Source of the DNA: Mobula birostris | Lineage: Eukaryota | Reading direction: 5' to 3' | Assembly: GCF_030028105.1 (NCBI RefSeq) | Contig: NC_092374.1 | Coordinates: 31,195,016-31,259,015 of the forward strand | DNA length: 64,000 nt | In this document: piece by piece, positions 1 to 11,090 of the stretch | Numbering within the stretch: position 1 is the stretch's first letter | Layout: the number at the start of each line of letters is the position of its first letter | Made by a program: the position numbers and the translations under genes | Notes under the pieces: model-generated | Seen by the model: the letters and a program-made list of their open reading frames with translations, nothing else | Database searches by the model: none | Told to the model about the DNA's origin: nothing

Positions 1-1179
1 TCAGTATTACAGTAGAGTAACTGAAATGATTGGAAAAGAACACTGGCGGGGATGATGGTAGAGCAGAAATGGTCAGAATTTCTGGAAGCAATTCGGAAGT
101 ACAGAATATATACATACCAAAGAGGAAGAACTATGGCTGATGAGAAGTCAAAGCCAACACAAAAGCCAAAAAGAGGGCATATAATAGAGCAAAAATTAAT
201 GGGAAGTTGAAGGACTGGGAAGCTTTTAAAGAGCAACAGAAAGCAAGTAAAAAAAGCCATAAAGAAGGAAAAGATGGAAAACAAAGCTAGCCAGTAACAT
301 TAAAGAGGATAATAAAAATTTCTTCAGGTATATAAAATGGAAAAGAGATGCAGGAGTGGATATTGGACTGCTGGAAACTGATGTTGAAGAGGTAGTAACG
401 GGGGGAGGATGGGGAGGGACAAGGAAATAGCGGATGAACTGAGTAAGTATTTTGCATCAGACTTCACTATGGAAAACACTAGTAATATGCCAAAGTGTCA
501 GGGGGGCAGAAGTCTGTGAAGTTGCCATTACCAGGGAGAAGGTGCTTGGGAAACTGTAGGGTATGAATGTAGATAAGTTACCTGGACAAGATGGTATGTA
601 CCCCAAGGTTCTGAAAGGGGTGGCTGAAATGGAGGTGTTAGTAATGATCTTTCAAGAATCAATTGATTATGGCATGGTTCCAGAGGTGTGGAAAATTGCA
701 AATGTCACTCCACCCTTGTAGAAGGGAGAGAGACAAAAGAAAGGACTGTTATAGACCTGTTAGACTAACTTCAGTGGTTAGAAAGATGTTGGAGTTGATT
801 GTTCAGGATGTGATTTCAGGGTATGTGGAGGCATATGATAAAATAGGCCATAGTCAGCATGGTTTTCTTAAGGGAAAATGTTGCCTGTCAAATCTACAGA
901 CTCAGCATAGAGGGCAACCTTTTAGAATGGAGAAGGGGATTCTTTAGCCAGAGAGTGGTAAATCTATGGCATTCATTGCCACAGTCAGCTGTGGAGGCCA
1001 AATCATTGGGTATATTTAAGGCAGAGTTTGATAGATTCTTGATTAGTCAGGGCATAAAGGGATACAATGAGAAGACAGGAGATTGGGGCTGAGAGGGAAA
1101 ATGGAGCAGCCATGATGAAATGGTGGAACAGACTTGATGGGCCAAATGGCCTAATTCTGCCCGTACATCTTATGGTCTA
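1..1179 (+). mobile_element. CR1-clade LINE (HER1-like), decayed, with large internal deletion of RT
   Basis: ORF 663-947 has CR1 RT N-terminal motifs (YRPVRLTSVVRKMLE...SQHGFLKGKCCLSNL). At ~897 it jumps to the CR1 C-terminus (FFSQRVVNLWHSLPQSAVEAKSLGIFKAEFDRFL). Typical 3' UTR ends ...cttatggtct. Confidence 0.9.
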
Positions 1180-1419
1180 AAATATTTTTTCCTCTGGTTC
1201 TTGCGGCAGTCAGTACAAACCTGATTATCAATGCTTAAATCAGAAGAATCTTCTTTAAATCTGTCTAACCAGCTCAGTCAGCATCTCTGGAGAAGCAAAT
1301 CAATGTTGTTTCCCATTAATAATCTCAGCAGAACTAGGAAAATGAAAACATAATTATTGTATGTTTTAACTTGTAGGAAAGGACACAAAAGGAAAATTGC
1401 TGGCCAAGCTTGTTCACAT

Positions 1420-1682
1420 GCTTCTCACGCTGTCTGTGGACCGCAAGGAAAACTCAACCCAGCCTACAGGTTCACTTGCAAGGACTTTTTACAATTCAAG
1501 TTTTCAGTATTTTATTTGCATGATTTGTCATCTTTTTGCACTTTAGCTGATTGTCAGTCTTTGTTTAGGTATAATTTTTCATAAATTCTATAATATTTTT
1601 TATTTTCCTGTAAATTCCTGCAAGAAAATGAATCTCAAGGTGGCATATGTTAATATAAGCAGACATTACTTTTAATTTTGAA
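1420..1682 (+). mobile_element. 3' UTR remnant of a Rex1/Babar-type LINE family
   Basis: Carries cctgcaagaaaatgaatctcaagg...tactttt, shared with the 3' ends at ~14790-14850, ~59560-59637 and (minus) ~16277-16340. Confidence 0.5.
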
Positions 1683-1739
1683 ACTAAGAGAAGATAGAAT
1701 TAGAACTGGCCAGTTCTGACATAAATAGGAAAGGGAGTG

Positions 1740-2940
1740 CACCTGAAATTTTTGAATTCATTATTGAATCTCGAGGGAAGCAACATGCCTAGATGGGAAA
1801 TGACTGCTGTTCCTCAAGCTTACTTCAGCTTTGTTGGAAGATTGCAAGAGGCCAACAACAAAAGGTGAGAGTGGGATAGAGAATTGAAACAACGGACAGT
1901 TGGAAACTCTGAGGCACCCTTCCAGACTGAACAGACGTATGCTGCAGAGTGGTCATCCAATCTGCACTTGCTTTAGGCAGATCATAGAACCATAGAAACC
2001 ATAGAAAAACTACAGCACAGAAACAGGCCTTTTGGCCCTTTTTGGCTGTGCCGAACCAATTTCTGCCTAGTCCCACTGACCTGCACACGGACCATATCCC
2101 TCCATACACCTCCCATCCATGTATCGGTCCAATTTATTCTTAAATATTAAAAAAGAATCCTCATTTACCACATTGTCTGGCAGCTCATTCCACACTCCCA
2201 CTACTCTCTGTGTAAAGAAGCCTCCCCTAATGTTCCCTTTAAACTTTTCCCCCCTCACCCTTAACACATGTCCTCTGGTTTTTTTCTCCAGTGGAAAAAG
2301 CCTGCTTGCCTTCACTCTATCTATACCCATCATAATTTTATATACCTCTATCAAATCTCCCCTCATTCTTCTACGCTCCAGGGAATAAAGTCCTAACCTA
2401 TTCAACCTTTCTCTGTATCTGAGTTTCTCAAGTCCCGGCAACATCCTTGTAAACCTTCTCTGCACTCTTTCAACCTTATTTATATCCTTCCTGTAATTTG
2501 GTGACCAAAACTGAACACAATACTCCAGATTCGGCCTCACCAATGCCTTATACAACCTCATCATAACATTCCAGCTTTTATACTCAATACTTTGATTAAT
2601 AAAGGCCGATGTACTTATGACGCCACTTTTAGGGAATTTTGTATCTGTATTCTGATTATATTGTGAATATCAAATATAACACAATAAATTAGCTGAAGCT
2701 TCATCTGGAAGAATCAGTTGAGTCACTGGATGATGGGAAAGACAGAAAAAAGGACAGGCATTGCCTCTGCAGTTTCATGGAAATGAACCAGAGTCCCAAA
2801 GGTAGCATCACATTACAAGTGTCAAATATTAGACATGATGGTCCATTGACTTTGGATGTTACTGAGATGGAAAGTGAACAAAGGGATCCTTTCCTTGCTC
2901 TGGCTGTTTAAAGAGAGGGTGATAGCAGATGTGATGGCGA
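1740..2940 (-). mobile_element. Old Penelope-like element fragment (GIY-YIG region), split by a CR1 insertion
   Basis: 1740-1980 and 2655-2940 resemble the reverse complement of the PLE endonuclease region at 8090-8420 (tgttcctcaagct..., gcttcatctggaaga). Confidence 0.45.
1983..2654 (-). mobile_element. CR1 LINE, 5'-truncated 3' end
   Basis: ORF 2067-2564 (LYKALVRPNLEYCVQFWSP...LERRRMRGDLIEVYKI...FFTQRVVGVWNELP). Tail repeats catagaaccatagaaaccatagaaaa. Confidence 0.92.
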
Positions 2941-2984
2941 TCTTAACTCAGTTTTTCGCTTTCTACCAGATCTGCTGAATGTTT

Positions 2985-3102
2985 AGATTCACATTTATTT
3001 ATCACATGTTTGCACATTGAAGCATACATTGAAATGTGTCACCTGCATTAACAACCAACACACCTAGGGATGTGCTGCGGACAGCCCACAAGTGTTGCCA
3101 CA
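2985..3102 (-). repeat. Short interspersed repeat of unknown class (core tgtggcgacacttgtgggctgcccccagcaca)
   Basis: Related copies on + at ~11255-11515 (split by an insertion at ~11322-11450) and ~41872-42030. Confidence 0.55.
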
Positions 3103-3624
3103 GCAATTTATTTTTTTAAATTAACAATTTATGATTTAAAAATTAGAAAAAAAATTGTTTCCAGCATTTCCTTAACTTTCAGATTTCCAGCAACTGCTCT
3201 GTTTGGCCTCTCACTCTAATGGTTCTCTCTCTTATTGCCCTGCCTAATAACTAGATGGTCCTGAGTGCAATGTGTCAGCTGGACAATCTGGTTTCCATCC
3301 CTTTTTTGTTCTATCCGCTCACTCCACTATTCAATTTAAACCGCATTTGTTTCCTCACGCTGGCAGTTGTAATGACGTGAAACGTTAACTTGGTTTCTCT
3401 CCGCACAGATGCTGCCAAGCCTGCTAAATGCTTCTTGTATTTTCTGCTTTTATTTCAGACTTCCCACATAAGCAGTTTTTATTTATTCTTAGCATTTTAC
3501 AGAGGTTGAGTTTAGCTTCCTTGCTTTTCTTTATTAACCTCTCCTACAATCTCTTATCCCCTTTAAAAATGCATCACTTTGCATGCTTTTTAATTCATCC
3601 TACTGGAATGTCGAACCTTACACT

Positions 3625-3868
3625 TTTTTAATTTAGTGCAGAGTAGATCCTTTGAGCCAAGATGCCCCAGCAACCCCCCACAATCCCGATCATGGGGCAA
3701 TTTACAATGACCAATTAAATACCTGGTATGTCTTTGGATTGTGGGAGGGAACTGGAGGAGACCCACACATTCCACATGGAGGACGTACAGAGGCTCCTTA
3801 CAGGACAACATCAGAATTGAACTCTGAACTCTGGAAATCCCCGAGCAGTAATAGCGTTGCACTAACCC
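3625..3868 (-). mobile_element. tRNA-derived SINE (HE1/V-SINE-like)
   Basis: Reverse strand shows B-box gagttcaattctg, central ctccagttccctcccacaatccaaagacatacc and an A-rich tail; homologous to 31529-31778 and 54423-54692. Confidence 0.8.
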
Positions 3869-4275
3869 GATTTTAACTTCATCCGTCTTGTAACCAATCA
3901 GTCAGCTTGACACTGCTTCAACAAGCTGCAAAAAAAATTAAGCTTATTCAGTTTTCTAAGGAAAAAATGCCCACACAAGTATTTGGCTAAGAAACATTCA
4001 AAAGTAATATACTGTCTAAAAAAAAGACTGTTAGAAGATCATGTATCATTATTCGTAAATTACGAGTATTTACTGTTCCTTCTGCATTGTGCTGTTCTCA
4101 CACCTTTCTCTGCAATACCTCTATATTAGTTATTGTTTAATTAAAGTAAAACTGCAACATTTACTACCACCTGGTGGAAAACAAAAAGCTTGCAGGAGGA
4201 CATAAGAGACTGCAGACAACACACACAAAAGGCTGGTGCACGCAGCAGGCCAGGCAGCACCTATAGGAAGACGTA

Positions 4276-4312
4276 CAGTCGACGTTCCCGGCCGAGACCC
4301 TTCGTCAGGACT
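4276..4312 (-). ncRNA. Minimal hammerhead ribozyme motif in inverted pLTR (GAAA mutated to GGAA)
   Basis: Minus strand reads agtc-CTGACGA-agggtctcggccg-GGAA-cGTC-gact. Confidence 0.65.
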
Positions 4313-4657
4313 AACTGAAAGAAGAGATAGTAAGAGATTTGAAAGGGGGAGGGGGAGGGGGAGATCGGAAATGATAGGAGAAGACAGGAGGAGGAGGGAT
4401 GGAGCTAAGAGATGGACAGGTGATTGGCAAAAGGGATACAAGGCTGGAGAAGGGAGAAGATCATGGGATGGGAGGCCTAGGGCAAGAGAAGGGGGTAGGG
4501 GAACACCAGAGGAAGATATAGTGAGAGGGACAGAGGGAGAAAAAAGAGAGAGAAACAAGGGGGGGGATATTAAAATAATAAATAAGGGATGGGGTAAGAA
4601 GGGGAGGAGTTTTTCAATGATTCTAAGTTCCCTGGCCCCCACCGCTTTATTTTCATC

Positions 4658-5334
4658 ATGGATGTCCCGTCCCTATATACTTCCATCCCCCATCAGGAAG
4701 GTATCAAAGCTCTCCACTTCTTTTTGGATTCCAGACCTAACCAGTTCCCCTCTACCACCACTCTGCTCTGTCTAGCGGAATTAGTCCTTACTCTTAATAA
4801 TTTCTCCTTTGGCGCCTCCCACTTCCTCCAAACTAAAGGTATAGCCATGGGCACCCGTATGGGTCCCAGCTATGCCTGCCTTTTGTCGGCTTTGTGGAAC
4901 AATCCATGTTCCAAGCCTATACTGGTATCCATCCCCCACTTTTCCTTCGCTACATCGATGACTGCATTGGTGCTGCTTCCTGCACGCATGCTGAACTCGT
5001 TGACTTCATTAACTTTGCCTCCAACTTTCACCCTGCCCTCAAATTTACCTGGTCCATTTCTGACACCTCCCTCTCCTTTCTTGATCTTTCTGTCTCTATC
5101 TCTGGAGACAGCTTATCTACTGATGTCTACTATAAGCCTACGGACTCTCACAGCTACCTGGACTATTCCTCTTCCCACTCTATCTCTTGCAAAAATGCCA
5201 TCCCCTTCTCGCAATTCCTCTGTCTCCACCAAATCTGCTCTCACGATGAGGCTTTTCATTCCAGGACGAAGGAGATGTCTTCCTTTTTTAAAGAAAGGGG
5301 CTTCCCTTCCTCTGCCATCAATTCTGCTCTCAAA
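4658..5334 (+). pseudogene. PLE reverse transcriptase (frameshifted)
   Basis: MDVPSLYTSIPHQEG...FLQTKGIAMGTRMGPSYACL (ORF 4658) and FLRYIDD...LSFLDL...VYYKPTDSHSYLDYSSSH (ORF 4894). Confidence 0.9.
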
Positions 5335-7737
5335 CTGGGTGCAAAGAAAAGGCTGGGAATATCAATAACTGTGGCGCTTCTCTTCCTGACAAACTTAACG
5401 TATTCTACGCAAGATTTGAACAGAAGAGAAGCGTCCTGCTCCCTCTTGATGAACCGGACCTGGTGGCATCGAGATTCATCGTCACTGGGGAGAACGTTAG
5501 AAGGGCCTTCCTGAAGATAAATCCAAGGAAGGCAACGGGCCCAGATGGCATCCCAGGATGGGTTCTCCGGGCCTGTGCAAGCGAGCTAGCTGGAGTGTTT
5601 GCTGACATCTTCAACTGCTCCTTGCTTCCGTCTAAGATCCCCTCATGTTTTTTTTAGATTATGAAGATACGTAGTCCTCTTTTATTGTCATTTAGTAATG
5701 CAAGCATTAAGAAATAATACATTATTTCCTCCAGTGTGATATCACAAAACACAGGACAGACCAAGACTGAAAAAAACTAACAAAACCACATAATTATAAT
5801 ATATAGTTACAAACAGTGCAACAATACCATAACTTGATGAAGAAGTCCATGAGCACAGTAAAGTTCAAAGTTTCTCAAATGTCCCACATCTCACGCAGAC
5901 GGGAGAAGGAAGAAAAACTCTCCCTGCCATGCCGACCGCAATCCGACTGAGTCATCTGAAAACTTTGAGCTCTGATCAGCTCTATGACACCGAGTACTGA
6001 GCACCATCTCTGTCCGAACGATTCGACCTCCTTCTCGGTCGCCAAAAGCAGGCAAGGTCGGGGATTTTGAGGCCTACCCTCTGAAAGATTCCCGACCACA
6101 CAGTGACGACAGCAGCGAACGGGCGTTTCAGAAATTTCTCCAGATGTTCCTCTGGGCTTTCACATCCATTCTCTATCAAATCAGAATTGTCCACAGCCCC
6201 TATTTAACAGATACGATACCACTTCTCACTGGAGGGCTGCACACACGCAGGCACACCGCCATCTTCTCCTCCCACCAGAGAGAAGGTAACGATAAGAAGG
6301 CAACAATAATCCTGGGGCTGAAGAAGAGCAAGGTGGCATGCCTGAATGACTATCAACCTGTGGCTCTGACATCAATTGCTATGAAGTGCTTCGAGCGATT
6401 GGTTATGGCACACATCAGCCACAGCCTACCGGTCAACCTCAACGCTTTACAATTTGCCTACTGGAGCAACAGGTCAACGGCAGATGCCATCTCTCTGGCC
6501 CTACATTCCTCCTTAGAACACCTGGAGAATAAAGATGCATACTTAAGGCACCTTTTCATTGACTACAGCTCTGCTTTTAATACCATCATTCCAAATAAAC
6601 TAATTCCTAAGCTCCGAAACCTGGGCCTTAGCACTCAGATCTGCAGTTGGATCTTCAACTTCCTCACAGACAGGACCCTGGCTGTAAAAATAGGGGGCAA
6701 GCTCTCCTGTACAATCACTCTGAGCACCGGTGCCCCACAAGGCTGTGTACTCAGCCCCCTGCTGTACTCACTGTACACCCATGATTGTGTAGCCAAGTTT
6801 CCATCAAACTCAATATGTAAGTTTGCTGATGACACAACAATTGTAGGCTGTATCTCAGGTAATGATGAATTTGAGTACAGAGAGGAAATTAAGAACCTGG
6901 TGGCATGGTGTGAAGACAAGAACCTATCCCTCAACGTCAGCAAGACGAAGGAATTGGTTGTTGACTTCAGAAGGAGTAGCGGACCGCACGACTTAACTTA
7001 CATCGGTGGTGCGCAAGTGGAATAGGTCAAGAGCTTTAAGTTCCTCGGGATCAATATCACAAATGACCTGATTTGGTCTAACCAAGCAGAGTCCACTGCC
7101 AAGAAGGCCCACCAACACCTTTACTTCCTGAGAAAGCTAAAGAAATTTGGCCTGTCCCCTAAAACCCTCACTAATTTTTATAGATGCACCGTAGAAAGTA
7201 TTCTTCTAGGGTGCATCACAACCTGGTATGGAAGTTGTCCTGTCCAAGACCGGAGGAAGCTGCAGAAGATCATGAACACAGCCCAACACATCACACAAAC
7301 CAATCTTCCATCCTTGGACTCACTTTACACTGCACGCTGTCAGAGCAGTGCTGCCAGGATAATCAAGGACACGATCCACCCAGCCAACACACTTTCTATC
7401 CCTCTTCCCTCGGGGAGAAGGCTTAGGAGCTTGAAGACTTGTATGGCCAGATTTGGGAACAGCTTCTTTCCAACTGTGATAAGACTGCTGAATAGATCCT
7501 GACCCGGATCTGGGCCGTACCCTCCAAATATACGGACCTGCCTCTTGGGTTTTTTTTGCACCAGCTTACTTTCCCATTTTTATTTTCTATTTATGATTTA
7601 TAATTTAAATTTTTAATATTTACTATCGATTTCTAATCCAGGGAGTGCGAAGCGCAGAATCAAATATCGCTGTGATGATTGTACACTCTAGTATAAATTC
7701 TTTGGCGACAATAAAATTCAGTAAAGTTAAGTAAAGT
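5335..7737 (+). mobile_element. Rex1/Babar LINE, 5'-truncated, inserted in the PLE ORF
   Basis: RKATGPDGIPGWVLRACASELAGVFADIFN; [18 protein letters not shown]; [11 protein letters not shown]; [19 protein letters not shown]; KFADD; (GTAAA)n tail. The PLE rejoins as tctgctctcaaa|tgcatctctccc with a possible AAA duplication. Confidence 0.93.
5654..6290 (-). mobile_element. Non-autonomous ~0.63 kb retroposon (GGGAGGAGAAGATGGCG family), copy 1
   Basis: Reverse complement aligns end to end with 18573-19207 and 49771-50444. It splits Rex1 between cctcatgtttt and aagaaggcaac. Confidence 0.88.
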
Positions 7738-8129
7738 AAATGCATCTCTCCCATTTCACGTACATCTGCTCTCACCTCATCCTCTTGCCACCCCACTAGG
7801 GATAGGGTTCCCCTTGTCCTCACCTACCACCCCACCAGCCTCCGGGTCCAACATATAATTCTCTGTAACTTCCGCCACCTCCAACAGGATCCCACCACCA
7901 AGCATATCTTTCCCTTCCCCCCCTTTCTGCTTTCTCCAGGGATCGCTCCCTACGTGACTCCCTTGTCCATTTGTCCCCCCCATCCCTTCCAACCGATACC
8001 TCTCCCAGCACTTATCCTCGTAAGCGGAACAAGTGCTACACATACCCTTACAATTCCCCCCTCACCACTATTCAGGGCTCCAGACAGTCCTTCCAGGTGA
8101 GGTGACACTTCACCTGTGAGTCGGCTGGT

Positions 8130-8423
8130 GTGATATACTACGTCCGGTGCTCCCGGTGCGGCCTTCTATATATTGGCGAGACCCGACGCAGACTAGGAGA
8201 CCATTTCGCTGTACACCTACGCTCTGTCCGCCAGAGAAAGCAGGATCTCCCAATGGCCATACATTTTAATTCCACGCCCCATTCCCATTCTGGTATGTCC
8301 ATCCACGGCCTCCTCTACTGTCAAGATAAAGCCACACTCAGGTTAGAGGAACAACACCTTATATTCCATCTGGGTAGCCTCCAACCTGATGGCATGAACG
8401 TTGACTTCTCTAACTTGTGTTAA
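8130..8423 (+). pseudogene. PLE GIY-YIG endonuclease
   Basis: IYYVRCSRCGLLYIGETRRRLGDHF...RLEEQHLIFHLGSLQPDGMNVDF. Confidence 0.9.
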
Positions 8424-8737
8424 TGACCCTCCTCCCCTTCTTACCCCATCCCTTGTCTATCTATTTATTTATTTATTCCCCCCTTTCTTTCTCTCTCTTT
8501 TTCCTCCCTTTGTCCCTCTCACTATATTTTCCTCTGGTGCTTCCCTCCCCCTTTCTCTCTCCCCAGGCCTCCTGTCCCATGATCCTCTCCCTTCTCCAGC
8601 CTTGTATCCCTTTTGTCAATCAACTGTCCAGCTCTTGGCTCCATCCCTTACCACCCCCCCCCCCCGTCTTCTTTCATTTCGGATCTCTCCCTGCCCTCTC
8701 CCTCCTTTCAAATCTCTTACTCTCTCTTCTTTCAGTT

Positions 8738-8774
8738 AGTCCTGACAAAGGGTCTTGGCCTGAAACGTCGACTG
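8738..8774 (+). ncRNA. Minimal hammerhead ribozyme motif in 3' pLTR (CTGACGA mutated to CTGACAA)
   Basis: agtc-CTGACAA-agggtcttggcct-GAAA-cGTC-gact. Stem I is agtc/gact; stem III is the palindromic ACGT. Confidence 0.7.
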
Positions 8775-8883
8775 TACTTCTTCCTATAGATGCTGCTTGG
8801 CCTACTGCGTTCACCAGCATTTTTTGTGTGTGTTGCTTGAATTTCCAGCATCTGCAGATTTCCTCGTGTTAAGAGACTGCAGA

Positions 8884-9960
8884 GCTGGAATCTGCTGCAA
8901 CAAATAGTTCTTCACATGCACTTTCTCCAACCTTGTCCACAGCATTCAGTGTGTCCACTGTGGTCTCCTCTACTTTGGCAAGACCAAGCACAGACTCAGC
9001 AACTGTTTTACAGGCACCTACACTCTGCTTGCAATGGTCATCCCAAACCCCCAGACAAATGTCGTTTCAATTCCACTCCCCACTCCCACATTGACCTGTT
9101 CATCCTCAGCCTTCTCGCTGTCAAGGTGAGGCCACATGCAAGCTCAAATTATATTCCACTTGGGTAGACTGCCATGCAATGCATTGAATTTGCTCATTTT
9201 ATGTAATCTTCCTCTGTGTTGTTTTCTCTCCCACTTACATGCCTCCGTAATTTTGAGAGTACCTTGCCCTCTTGGTTTCATTCACCAATTAGGCACTCAA
9301 TTCTCCCCTGCTTCCTTCCCACCTCCGATTCAGGATCCATCTGCCATTCACTTTTCCACTAATGGTTCCCATCATCACCTGCTTTAGCACAGGTACCCCT
9401 TTGTGTTCTGGTTTACCTCCCTCCAGCTGATGTCCCCAACCCTCACAATCCACCCCCCTAGCACTCATCTCATTCCATTTTCTCCTCATTTTTATTTCTT
9501 CTTAATCCGCTAATACCCAGAGTCTAGACTGACACCTACATCATTTATTATTGTATTGAAATTGTCCTCTACTGTGCCTATTGTCTTGTTTATTATTTAT
9601 TGTACTGCCCTGCACTCTTTTGTGTACTTTATGTAGTCCTGTGTAGGTCTGTATTCTAGTGTAGTTTTTGTGTTGTTTTACGTAGTCCAGTGTAGCCTTG
9701 AGTCGTCTCACTTAGTCTAGTGTAGTTTTGTGTTGTTTCATGTAGCACCATGGTCCTGGAGGAACATTGTTTCATTTTTACTGTGTACTGTACCAGCAGT
9801 GTATGGTCAAAATGACAATAAAAAGCAACTTGACTTGACTTGATCTATTATTCACTTGTCCCTGCCTACCAACTTCACTACCCCCTCTTCCTCTACTTGA
9901 CATAATCTGCCTGCCATCTTTCACTCTCCTCAGTCCACCAATCACCTTGAATTCCTGTCT
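8884..9960 (+). mobile_element. Older degenerate Penelope-like element (target of the younger PLE)
   Basis: Decayed GIY-YIG (tgtggtctcctctactttggcaagaccaagcacagact) followed by pyrimidine-rich pLTR. Its terminus aagagactgcaga(t)gctggaatctg supplies the TSD of the younger element. Confidence 0.7.
9525..9843 (+). mobile_element. 3' UTR of a Rex1-type LINE with internal ~31-bp tandem repeats
   Basis: Ends ggaggaacattgtttcatttt...aatgacaataaaaagcaacttgacttgacttga; repeated tagtgtagttttgtgttgttt units. Confidence 0.6.
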
Positions 9961-9989
9961 CTCTACCGCATACCCTGGCAGCCTCCAAT

Positions 9990-10620
9990 GCACCCGAACC
10001 CACAGTCACCATTATAGACATAAAAGTCTGTGGAAAACATCTGACGAGGATGATGTCCCCGTCTGTGTCCTTGGATGCTATGCAGATCAGCTAGTGGGAG
10101 TATTTGCAGAAATTTCTAACCTCACCCTGCTTCAATCTCTGGTTCCCACCTGCTTTAAGAAGATCCTGGTACCTAGGAAAACCAAAATGTGCCTAAACAA
10201 CTACCTCTCAGTTGCTCTGACATCTACCATCATAAAGTATTTTGAGAGGCTGATTATAACAAGTATTAACTCTTGCTATCCAGATTACCTCAACCCATAG
10301 TAACACACCTACTGCCGAAATAGATCTACAGCAGATGTCCTCTCCCTGGCCCTAGTCTCATCTCTAGAGCGTCTGAACAATATAGACACCTCTGTCAGAT
10401 TATAGTTTATTGATTACAGTTCTGCTTTCAATAATATAATTCCAAAGAAATTCAAAAACAGACTCTACATCTCACAGCAACTGGATCCTTGACTTCCTGA
10501 CCAATAGACCACAAGTAAAGGCAGCAACACCTCTGCCACAGTTATTCTAAGCACTGGTGCTCCACGAAGCTGTCTTCCCTGCCTCTGACTCTACACCCGG
10601 CACACTCATCACTGCATAAC
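9990..10620 (+). mobile_element. Rex1/Babar RT fragment, decayed
   Basis: ADQLVGVFAEISNL...NNYLSVALTSTIIKYFERL (ORF 9947); tttattgattacagttctgctttcaat (FIDYSSAFN). Confidence 0.8.
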
Positions 10621-10624
10621 CAGA

Positions 10625-11090
10625 GATCATCGTGGCAGAGATGTTATTGTCTATTCTTCTGACTGCAGTCTGTTGGTCAGGAAATCAAGGATCCAGTTGC
10701 AAGAGGGAGGTGTTGACTCCCAGAGTCTAGAGTTTGGTGATGACTTTCCTTGGGATTATGGAATGAAAGTGGAGCTATAGTCAATAATCAATAGTCTGAT
10801 GTAGGTGTCTTTACTGTCTAGATGCTTCAAGGATGAATATAAGACCAGGGAGGTGGCGACCACCGTAGACCTGTTTCAACAGTAGACAAATTGATATGGT
10901 TCAAGTTTGTCTGGAGGGCTGGTGCCATGCCCAGCCTCTCAATGCCCTCCATGATGGTAGATGTCAAAGCCATTGGATGGTAGCTGTTAAGACATGTTAC
11001 CTTGTCTTTCTTGGGTACCAGGATGATAATGATCTTTTTCAAGCAGACTGAAACAGAGGTTTAAAAATGTCTTCAAATACCTCCAAACAA
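10625..11090 (-). mobile_element. Rex1/Babar RT fragment, decayed, opposite orientation
   Basis: ORF 10827-11042 (ILVPKKDKVTCLNSYHPMALTSTIMEGIERL). Confidence 0.8.

Larger units (their letters stand above)
4217..8869 (+). mobile_element. Penelope-like element, 5'-truncated, with inverted 5' pLTR (4217-~4607), 3' pLTR (~8424-8869) and 14-bp TSD
   Basis: TSD taagagactgcaga at 4203-4216 and 8870-8883. The left ~390 bp is the reverse complement of the right terminus. RT and GIY-YIG remnants inside; interrupted by Rex1. Confidence 0.93.

Noticed and set aside
4130-4775. Long overlapping ORFs on both strands (170 and 179 aa)
   Set aside because: Low-complexity translations of the purine/pyrimidine-skewed pLTR; the same pattern appears at 8401-8872.
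6144-7025. 293-aa ORF as a functional RT gene
   Set aside because: Chimeric: the first ~50 aa come from the antisense strand of an inserted retroposon, and the Rex1 frame has a premature stop at ~7023.
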